NCBI GenBank assembly: GCA_039811685.1
Contig: JBDHZC010000013.1
Span: forward strand, 1 to 31,933
DNA length: 31,933 bases
Origin: Armatimonadota bacterium
GTDB taxonomy: Bacteria > Armatimonadota > UBA5829 > DSUL01
Reading direction: 5' to 3'
Position numbers and translations under genes: made by a program. Positions 8,444 to 15,815 of this stretch are shown in pieces. Every line of letters starts with the position of its first letter. Position 1 is the stretch's first letter. The notes beneath the pieces are model-generated. The model did no database searches and was not told the origin of the DNA. It saw nothing but the letters and a program-made list of their open reading frames with translations.

Positions 8444-9936
8444 ATTCTAGTATCCCTCCACTTCCCGCGTGCAAATACGCCGGAGATAATAATTCCGGAG
8501 GCTATCATGCTGATCGCCATAGCCCACCAGGCCGCTGTCGCTCCCAGCTTCAGAGTGATACAAAGCCAGTAGGTCAATGGCAGCCGCAGCAGCCACATGG
8601 TGACAAGAGTGACTACGGTGGGTGAGCGAGTATCACCTGCCCCTTGAAGAGCTCCACTCAGAGTCATCGTAAGACCGATGAAAGGCTCTGATATCGCGTT
8701 GACTCGCAGATAGCTGATTGTGAGTCTGCGTACGTGCGCATCTTGAGTGAAAAAGCTCACAATTGGGCCGGCAAAGACAAAAAAGACTGCCGCCATGGCT
8801 GCCATAACCAGAACAGACTGCCGCGCACATGCCCAGCCTCCCTGTGACGCCCGCTGAGGCTGGCCCGCACCCAGATTCTGACCGACAACCGCAGCCGCTG
8901 CCGCACTGAATGCAAAACCTGGCATATAGGCGATAGCTTCAATCGCCAGTCCAATGGTTAAGGCGCCGATGGCCGCTTCCGACGCTTGCTGTCCACTGAG
9001 ACGTCCCAGCAGCGAAAGATATACAAGAGACGCTCCCGAACGCAAGATGGTCTGCAGGCCGGCGGGAACGCCAATCCGCAGTATTCGCCCGACCCACTGC
9101 ATCTGCAGTGGCCGGATTTGTGTAAGCGCTCTTGATACGGGTGACTGATAGAGATAGACAATTCCCAGCATTAGAACGGCACTGCGGGCGCAAAGCCCCG
9201 CCGTTGCCGCGCCGTTAAGTCCCATCGCAGGGAATGGCCCCCGTCCAAAGATGAGAAACCAGTCCAGCAGCGCTGTCAGCACCGCGCCAATGAACGTCAT
9301 TTTGACTGGCGTGAGCATGTCTCCGGCGCCCCGGAACGCCGCGATGATGATCGTCATTCCAAACAAAGGGAGCATGCCCAGCGCCGAAATAGCCAGGTAG
9401 CCCCAGGCCGGCTCAACAAGATGGTCCGCCCTGCCTGCCATCAAACTTAGTACAGGTTTACCAGTAAAAAGTATGACAATCAGGAAGACAACAGAGGCCA
9501 GAGCTGCAAAATACATGGACTGCCTGGTCGCTTCGACGGCCTCATCACTCTCACGCGCGCCTGTGAATCTGGCCACCAGAGCCGTTGTTGCCGCGGAAAT
9601 CGCCACAACAGTCCCAAAGACCAGCATGAACAAGTTTTGTGACAGCCCCAGTGCCGCCACCGGTGCGGAGCCGAGCTTCGCAATCAGATAGCGATCAACC
9701 AGATTAGTCACTGTCTGAAGCAGAAAAGCGATTGCGGACGGCCAGCTCAGCGTCCAGACAGTCCTTGAAATGTGGCCGCTTAGGATGTCGGAGACTTCAG
9801 AGCGGTCTGACATATTTCGCGTCAGAGCCGCTCCATCAGAAACAGCTGAGTGCTCCGGGTAATCCTCAACGCCTAGTTCGGAATGGAGCTCTGAGTTCAC
9901 AGATGAAACCAACTCCCAGTCTCGAGTTTTGCCCAT
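8440..9936 (-). CDS. MATE family efflux transporter
   Basis: About 12 TM segments, LSWP...VDRYLIAKLG, FRGAGDMLTP, GQNLGAG and LQGAGDTRSP. The stop overlaps the lptD ATG (ATGA). The true start may be an internal Met. Confidence 0.92.
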   Translation of the reverse strand: MGKTRDWELVSSVNSELHSELGVEDYPEHSAVSDGAALTRNMSDRSEVSDILSGHISRTVWTLSWPSAIAFLLQTVTNLVDRYLIAKLGSAPVAALGLSQNLFMLVFGTVVAISAATTALVARFTGARESDEAVEATRQSMYFAALASVVFLIVILFTGKPVLSLMAGRADHLVEPAWGYLAISALGMLPLFGMTIIIAAFRGAGDMLTPVKMTFIGAVLTALLDWFLIFGRGPFPAMGLNGAATAGLCARSAVLMLGIVYLYQSPVSRALTQIRPLQMQWVGRILRIGVPAGLQTILRSGASLVYLSLLGRLSGQQASEAAIGALTIGLAIEAIAYMPGFAFSAAAAAVVGQNLGAGQPQRASQGGWACARQSVLVMAAMAAVFFVFAGPIVSFFTQDAHVRRLTISYLRVNAISEPFIGLTMTLSGALQGAGDTRSPTVVTLVTMWLLRLPLTYWLCITLKLGATAAWWAMAISMIASGIIISGVFARGKWRDTRI

Positions 9937-10332
9937 GCCAGGTTCGCTGTCGCTTGGCGCCGCACAGCCAACCTACTTTGCAGACCTCCGTGAAGATGGC
10001 AGGCAGGATCTGAGTGGCATTGCTTTCGGGAGATGAGGAGCATCTATTGAACTCCTTCGCGCTGACCAGATTTCCCTTCTCGCACGCGTGAAAGAAGTCG
10101 GCTGCGTGAAGACAATTCCTTCAATTCCCGGCATCACTGCCGTCAACTCAGTGTGTCTGCGCATTCGCGTGACCTGTCATCCTTCCTGCGCTGTTACGGC
10201 AGTCACGCTGATGCGTGGGACGAAAGGACTATATCAGGGTTGGTCTGTGCGGCTTACAATAGTATTAGTGGTTAGTGTGGCTGCGCCTGCTTGCGCGAGA
10301 ATTGGCCGCCGGGTTGCTTACGGGAGAATGAC

Positions 10333-10806
10333 ATGAAGAAAATTGTTCTTGCCTATGACGGCTCCAATGAGGCGGAGGAAGCTCTGAAATGGACTGGCCG
10401 GGAGGCGAAAGCGCGAAACGCCTCGGTCATCGTCGTCACAGTTCATCCACTCCCGGGCGAAGATTTGCACCCGCTCGGAGGCTACAAGTGGGAGTTTGCA
10501 CACCATCTTGAGAGCGCAGGCGGACCCGGCCGGCGCGCTGTGAAATACCTGGAAGAGCTTGGCGTGAGGGCGGAGCTGGCTGTGCGCGAAGGGTTTGCGG
10601 CTGAGGTCGTGTGCGAACTGGCGCGTGAGCAAGAGGCCGAGCTCATCGTGCTGGGCCATCGGGACCGCCTGCCGATTGTCGAATGGCTCCAGGGCAGTAC
10701 AGCACATGCAGTGGAGAGGCGGGCTCTATGCCCCGTTATGATGGCCATCCCCGGCAAAGGCATCACGCACTGGACGCGCGGCGCCCACACGCCCGTCAAG
10801 GGATAG
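10333..10806 (+). CDS. Universal stress protein (UspA family)
   Basis: MKKIVLAYDGS, ELIVLGHR and LQGSTAHAV...CPVM. ATG at 10333 follows GGGAG. Confidence 0.9.
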   Translation: MKKIVLAYDGSNEAEEALKWTGREAKARNASVIVVTVHPLPGEDLHPLGGYKWEFAHHLESAGGPGRRAVKYLEELGVRAELAVREGFAAEVVCELAREQEAELIVLGHRDRLPIVEWLQGSTAHAVERRALCPVMMAIPGKGITHWTRGAHTPVKG

Positions 10807-10973
10807 TTCTCAGAAAGCTCCTGAGAACCGCTGATTAGATCAGAGGTGTGGTCATGCAGGCTCAGAGCCTGAGTGTCTTCGCGAACCTGCGCCCGTACCT
10901 GCGTGGCGCCTGGGCTCGTCTCACGTCACCTCTTTCGCCCCAAAGGGTGTCGCTTCGGATTCCCCCGTCTAGC

Positions 10974-11012
10974 AAAAGAAAAGACCCCAGCTACTGAGAC
11001 GTACGAGGCCCT
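10974..11012 (-). terminator. Possible intrinsic terminator at the CRISPR trailer end
   Basis: Minus strand GGGCCTC...GGGGTCT stem (G-U rich) followed by TTTTCTTTT, immediately after the degenerate last repeat. Confidence 0.4.
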
Positions 11013-11015
11013 GCA

Positions 11016-11689
11016 ACTTCAATCCACACCGCCCCCGAAGGGGCGATGCAACAACCGGCGGGGATCGTTACCCCGCTTGCTGTTCCGTTTCAATCCACAC
11101 CGCCCCCGAAGGGGCGATGCAACACCTGGCTGTGCCCTCTCACCACGTACGTTCAGTTTCAATCCACACCGCCCCCGAAGGGGCGATGCAACGGGTGGGG
11201 CGGGCGCTGATTGACCTGGCGGTGGCGTTTCAATCCACACCGCCCCCGAAGGGGCGATGCAACCACAAAAAGGTTCGATATAAACATCCGCGTCAGTTTC
11301 AATCCACACCGCCCCCGAAGGGGCGATGCAACTAAGGTGAGGAAGTTGGATAACGCGGAAACAAACTGGTTTCAATCCACACCGCCCCCGAAGGGGCGAT
11401 GCAACCTGGACTGGCAAACAGTGGCTCCTGGACACCTCCGGCGTTTCAATCCACACCGCCCCCGAAGGGGCGATGCAACCAGATTCGATCGCTCTGCGCT
11501 TCGCGCAAGACGGTTTCAATCCACACCGCCCCCGAAGGGGCGATGCAACGGGAGACTCTGCGGTGCAAACCTCCGGGCCGCGTTTCAATCCACACCGCCC
11601 CCGAAGGGGCGATGCAACTAGCTTGACGCGTTCATTGTTGGCGGCGTTCGCAGTTTCAATCCACACCGCCCCCGAAGGGGCGATGCAAC
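11016..11689 (-). CRISPR. CRISPR array: 10 repeats of 37 bp (GTTGCATCGCCCCTTCGGGGGCGGTGTGGATTGAAAC on the minus strand) and 9 unique spacers of 32-37 bp; no cas genes in the window
   Basis: Repeats start at + positions 11016 (degenerate, ACTTC), 11087, 11156, 11227, 11296, 11369, 11443, 11513, 11582 and 11653. The repeat has an internal CGCCCC/GGGGCG hairpin and an ATTGAAAC 3' handle. The degenerate repeat on the left and AT-rich leader on the right indicate minus orientation. Confidence 0.98.
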
Positions 11690-11865
11690 TGCGCCTAAAT
11701 TTACCCAAAATCGGGTAATTTGAGCACGAAATAGCCTTCTTCGGGTCTCTTCCGACTTCCTCTATGATTTTCAACTTTTTGCAGTCGCTCGCTTGGCTCA
11801 CGCACGAATCACCCCAAAAACGTCTGCGAACCTCGTGCTCAGAGCTCCGGAGCTTGGGGTTCGCA
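11690..11865 (-). promoter_or_regulatory. CRISPR leader
   Basis: AT-rich region with a -10-like TAAATT about 8 nt before the first repeat. Inverted repeat TGCGAACC (11825-11832) / GGTTCGCA (11858-11865) resembles type I-C-like leaders. IHF-like TTTCAA-N4-TTG at 11769-11781. Confidence 0.75.
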
Positions 11866-12005
11866 CAGCCGCCCGCTTAGTCCAAAAGCAACGCTTCTGG
11901 GCTCACAGGCCTATCCGTTTCTGAGGACTCCTGGCGTTCTCCGGCAGGCTGCTGATTCGGTCGTCGGCAGGGCAGTGTTACCCTCGACCTGCCTGCTTTT
12001 CTGCG

Positions 12006-13169
12006 CTAGTGGCGCGGTGCTTCCGGTGGCTGGGCGCCTGCGGGCGCCACCTGGGGGACCTCCTGTTGCGACTGCTGAGGGTGCCTTTGCCCCTGGTGTT
12101 GACCGATGAGCACGCGCGCCTTCTCTTCCAGTTCCTCAGGTTTCTCCGCGACGCGGATCATCTCTTCATAGGTGATTTTGCGGTGTGCCCACATATCAAA
12201 GAGGTAGGAGTCCAGCGAAATCATGCCCATCTGTTGCCCGGTCTGGATGGCTGAGAAGATGCTGTAGGTCTTCTTCTCACGGATCATGTGCTGGATGGCG
12301 GGTGTGGCGATCATCACCTCAAACGCCGCAACCCGTCCGCGGCCCTCGGCCTTCGGCAGCAGCAACTGGGAAATAACGGCGATGAGGTTGCCGGAGAGCT
12401 GCGTTCTAATCTGCTCCTGCTGGTCGAAGGGGAACACATCCACAATGCGGTCCACTGTGCGTGCGGAGCCTGTGGTGTGCAGTGTCGCAAAGACCAGGTG
12501 GCCGGTCTCCGCAGCAGTGATGGCCGCGTGGATTGTCTCAAGATCGCGCATCTCACCGACCAGAATCACATCCGGGTCCTGCCGCAGCGCTTTGATGACG
12601 CCCGTTGCGAAGTCCGGCACATCCCGGCCCACTTCGCGCTGCGTGATGATGGACTTCTTGTGGTTGTGATAGTACTCGATCGGGTCTTCAATCGTAATAA
12701 TGTGACACTCGCGTTGCTCGTTGATGTAGTTGAGCATTGATGCCAGAGTCGTGGTCTTACCGGAGCCAGTCGGCCCTACCACCAGAATCAATCCCCGCGG
12801 CTGATGCAGCAGCTTGACCGCCGACTTTGGAAGGCCGATCGCGTCAAAGCTCAGCAGCTCGTACGGGATCAGGCGCATGTTGAGCGCGATTGTGCCCTTC
12901 TGCATAAACAGGCTGACGCGAAAGCGGGCCTTGTCCTGATAGCTGAACCCGAAGTCCGCCCCCTGAACCTCGCGCAACTCCTCCTTAGCGCGCTGAGGCG
13001 CAACCTGCTTCATAAGTTGCTCGGTCATCTCAGGCGTGAGGTCACCGAACTCTGCCGCCCTGTGAAGACCACCGCTGACGCGAATAGTGGGAGGCTCTCC
13101 CACAAGGAGATGTAGATCCGAGCCACCCATCTCGATCATCTGATCAAGGAGCTGTCTGATGTCTATCAT
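12006..13169 (-). CDS. pilT: Type IV pilus twitching motility (retraction) ATPase PilT
   Basis: SDLHL, Walker A GPTGSGKTTT, TIEDPIEY, ALRQDPDVILVGEMRD, AETGHLVFATLHT and an AIRNLIRE-like AIQHMIRE. Confidence 0.95.
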   Translation of the reverse strand: MIDIRQLLDQMIEMGGSDLHLLVGEPPTIRVSGGLHRAAEFGDLTPEMTEQLMKQVAPQRAKEELREVQGADFGFSYQDKARFRVSLFMQKGTIALNMRLIPYELLSFDAIGLPKSAVKLLHQPRGLILVVGPTGSGKTTTLASMLNYINEQRECHIITIEDPIEYYHNHKKSIITQREVGRDVPDFATGVIKALRQDPDVILVGEMRDLETIHAAITAAETGHLVFATLHTTGSARTVDRIVDVFPFDQQEQIRTQLSGNLIAVISQLLLPKAEGRGRVAAFEVMIATPAIQHMIREKKTYSIFSAIQTGQQMGMISLDSYLFDMWAHRKITYEEMIRVAEKPEELEEKARVLIGQHQGQRHPQQSQQEVPQVAPAGAQPPEAPRH

Positions 13170-13268
13170 TCAAGTGCCCTCAGTCGCGCCGGCGCAGTGC
13201 AGGCGGATAGGTTTGGGCTCCGGAACGCGCCGCAGGCAAATCCAAACGGCCGTCGCCGAAGTGCGAGT

Positions 13269-13297
13269 AGTATAGCACTGCCTCTGAAACGGGTCAA
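13269..13297 (-). promoter_or_regulatory. Sigma70-type promoter of pilT
   Basis: Minus strand TTGACC-17 nt-TATACT with extended -10 TGn, about 100 nt upstream of the pilT ATG. Confidence 0.7.
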
Positions 13298-13630
13298 TCA
13301 GAAAACGACGCTCCTTTGCGGCGCACAAAACAGGGCCCGGGGATCCGGTTTCTGATTCAGGGCCGCGCGCGTACGCCTCTCCATCGTTCACTGGTTTGAC
13401 GCGAAGCGCACTAGAGTGTTCTGAGAGTCAAAGTATGACGAAAATTTACATAATTCGTGAGTAATTTCGTTTTGTTAGCGTTGCGAAGGTGGAATCCGGA
13501 TGTCATAATAATTCGGCTGTAGCAGTAGATCGAGAAATGACGCAAGGCTGGGTCCTGGGTTCCCGGGTGCAACAGACTGCACTTCCAACGCTTTGCAGTA
13601 TGAGATTTCGGGGAGCCTACGCATTTCCTA

Positions 13631-13741
13631 ATGCGTTTTACCTACGGCGAGAAGACCGTTATCCGAAACAGTGCTTTTGTCATTCTCTTGGCATTTTCCA
13701 TCGGTCTATGCGCTATTTTGGCCTACCAATGGTTCAGTTGA
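13631..13741 (+). CDS. Putative 36-aa single-pass membrane protein (MRFTYGEKTVIRNSAFVILLAFSIGLCAILAYQWFS)
   Basis: Translated by hand because it is below the ORF-track cut-off. Basic N-terminus plus an uninterrupted hydrophobic helix of about 20 aa; GGGGAG about 15 nt upstream. Confidence 0.45.
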   Translation: MRFTYGEKTVIRNSAFVILLAFSIGLCAILAYQWFS

Positions 13742-14217
13742 TGAATCGTGGTGTGGTCCAACGAAATAAAGGACTGCGATGTCTAGGATTGCGTGTGTTC
13801 TGACAGACATCGGTATCCGTTTTGATCTGCGGTGTGGCAGGGATCTGCAGTTCATATTCGGCAGTCTGGGTTGACAAAAAACTAGTCGTAATGTGGCTTC
13901 GGCGGGCCTGGTGTCTGGGTGGAAATGAGCTGAAGCAGAAAACGAGGATGCCGGAGCTGTCCGCGCGAAGGAAATGCCAGCTCCCCTGTTGCTTTCGATG
14001 TCTAGACTTCGCACTCGAGCCGTTTCCCTGCTCTCTTTTCGTACCTCGTGCCCCTATGGACTCAGAGTCGCCGATGCGCCAAACTCAACTGTTAGTGCGC
14101 GCAATGTCACGGGTGTTGAGGCGGGCCTTCGCAGGGTGAGTGCCGGAGGCTGACGCTGTTGCTCTGGCGTCGTGCCCTGTCATCTCACGTGCGTTGCGCT
14201 AAGAAAGGATTGTTGTC

Positions 14218-14874
14218 GTGGAATCGCTGCAAGTCTTGATTGTCGAAGATGAGTCTTTGGTCTCCCAGAGCCTTGTGCTTATGGTCTCGGAGATTGGGCA
14301 CAGCGTTGTTGGTACGGTCAGCGACGGTGAATCCGCGCTGAGAGAAATCCGGGAGAAGGAGCCGGATATCGTGTTGGTTGATCTGCAGGGCCCGAACCTG
14401 GATGGTCTCGAACTCACTCGCCAGATTATGGCCGACTACCCGGTTCCGGTCGTACTCTTGAGCGCCTCAGAAGATCAAAGCCTGGCTCTGGAAGCTGCCG
14501 ATGCGGGAGCCTTTGGATATCTGCAAAAGCCTGTCTCACCAGCGGGTCTTATTCCTGTGCTGGCTGTCGCCTTGCGGAGATTCAATGACTGGATCAGTGC
14601 GTTCGATGAGCTGACGCAGTTGCGAGAGACTCTGGAGACGCGGAAGGCTGCCGAACAGGCCAAGGGTATCATCATGCAGCGTCTTCAGTTACCGGAGGCT
14701 CAGGCCTATGCGCACCTGCGCGAAAAGTGCCGTAATCAGCAAAAAACCATGAAACAGGCGTCGCTGGAGATTATCGATGCAGAGCGCGCTTTCCTGGATC
14801 AGCTTTCCAAGGAGCCGCCGTCCCGCTCTCGTCCCAGGTGGGCGGACGATCGGCAACACGTCGCAGAGCGCTGA
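14218..14874 (+). CDS. ANTAR-domain response regulator (AmiR/NasT/PdtaR-like)
   Basis: Receiver domain (LIVEDE, VLVD, LSA, YLQKP), coiled coil and ANTAR (LETRKAAEQAKGIIMQ...EAQAYAHLR). GTG follows AAGGA. Confidence 0.92.
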   Translation: MESLQVLIVEDESLVSQSLVLMVSEIGHSVVGTVSDGESALREIREKEPDIVLVDLQGPNLDGLELTRQIMADYPVPVVLLSASEDQSLALEAADAGAFGYLQKPVSPAGLIPVLAVALRRFNDWISAFDELTQLRETLETRKAAEQAKGIIMQRLQLPEAQAYAHLREKCRNQQKTMKQASLEIIDAERAFLDQLSKEPPSRSRPRWADDRQHVAER

Positions 14875-14909
14875 ATATCTCAGTCTCATCCCTGCATATC
14901 TGTTTCTTG

Positions 14910-14949
14910 AAAACGTTCTCCGGAAAACTGGAGGACGTTTTTGCTTTTT
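14910..14949 (+). terminator. Intrinsic terminator between the ANTAR regulator and the epimerase gene
   Basis: AAAACGTTCTCC / GGAGGACGTTTT stem followed by TGCTTTTT. Confidence 0.65.
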
Positions 14950-14981
14950 GGAGTATCCTCTTCAATGGAGGAGTTGCATCT

Positions 14982-15815
14982 GTGCTCTTTGGATTGTGCA
15001 ATGAAATGTTCGAAGGCTGGACACATGCGGAGGCGTTCAACGCGATCAAGAGCGCAGGGTACGATGGTGTAGAACTGGCTCCCTTCACCCTTGCATCAGC
15101 ACCAGATCATATCGACAGCACATCCGTTGACAAAGTCAGAGCTGCCGCAGAAGACGCTGGACTCCCAATAATCGGACTGCACTGGTTGCTTGCGCACACG
15201 CAGGGCTACCACCTGACCTCTCCTGAGGCTGATGTGCGCCGCCGGACGACAGACCTTCTGAAGCGCCACGTTCAGACGTGCGCGGCGCTCGGCGGCAAGG
15301 TACTCGTTTTCGGATCTCCCCAACAGCGTTCGCTTCTTCCCGGAGTGTCTCGCCAGCAGGCGTGGGATTACGCGGTAGAAGCGCTCAAGGAGGTCGGCCA
15401 GGAGAGCCAACAGTGTGGGGTGACATTTTGTATTGAGCCACTCAGCCCCCAGGAAACAGATTTTATCAACACCGCCGATGAAGCCTGGGCCTTGGTTCAG
15501 GACATCGGCTCTCCCGGTGTCACTCTGATGCTGGACGTCAAAGCGATGAGCTCGGAGAGCCAGCCGATGCTGGAGATCATTCGTCGATATGCATCCCGCG
15601 CGGGACACTTTCATGCTAACGATCCCAACCTGCGCGGGCCCGGATTTGGGGATCTGGACTTTACTTTTGTTTTTCAGGAACTGGTAGCGCACAAGTACAG
15701 TGGCTACGTTTCTGTGGAAGTCTTTGACTTTTCGCCAGACCCACTCACCATTGCCAGGAAATCAGTAGACTACATGAAGAAATGTCTCAGTGAAGGAAGT
15801 GCCGCCCATGCCTGA
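14982..15815 (+). CDS. Sugar phosphate isomerase/epimerase (D-tagatose/D-psicose 3-epimerase, xylose isomerase-like TIM barrel)
   Basis: GYDGVELAP, VLVFGSPQQR, CIEPL, MLDV, HFHAND and VSVEVF metal-binding residues. GTG at 14982 follows GGAGGAG. Confidence 0.88.
   Translation: MLFGLCNEMFEGWTHAEAFNAIKSAGYDGVELAPFTLASAPDHIDSTSVDKVRAAAEDAGLPIIGLHWLLAHTQGYHLTSPEADVRRRTTDLLKRHVQTCAALGGKVLVFGSPQQRSLLPGVSRQQAWDYAVEALKEVGQESQQCGVTFCIEPLSPQETDFINTADEAWALVQDIGSPGVTLMLDVKAMSSESQPMLEIIRRYASRAGHFHANDPNLRGPGFGDLDFTFVFQELVAHKYSGYVSVEVFDFSPDPLTIARKSVDYMKKCLSEGSAAHA

Noticed and set aside
9937..10332. Riboswitch or leader peptide between MATE and usp
   Set aside because: No recognisable aptamer consensus, and the short ORFs lack convincing features.
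10807..11015. Possible tracrRNA/anti-repeat for a class 2 system
   Set aside because: There is only loose similarity to the repeat hairpin, no extended complementarity and no effector gene. The repeat and leader look class 1.
11406..11442. Spacer translating as WTGKQWLLDTSG, reminiscent of a Mu-like capsid motif
   Set aside because: Too short and inexact to support without a database search.
11019..11801. 260-aa ORF and other ORFs spanning the CRISPR array
   Set aside because: They are translations of repeats and spacers (recurring VASPLRGRCGLK / CIAPSGAVWIET), not proteins.
13170..14139. ORFs of 73-105 aa in the pilT-ANTAR gap as hidden cas, anti-CRISPR or effector genes
   Set aside because: They are Arg/Cys/Ser-rich, lack an SD and show no nuclease or Cas motifs. 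One overlaps the pilT promoter.
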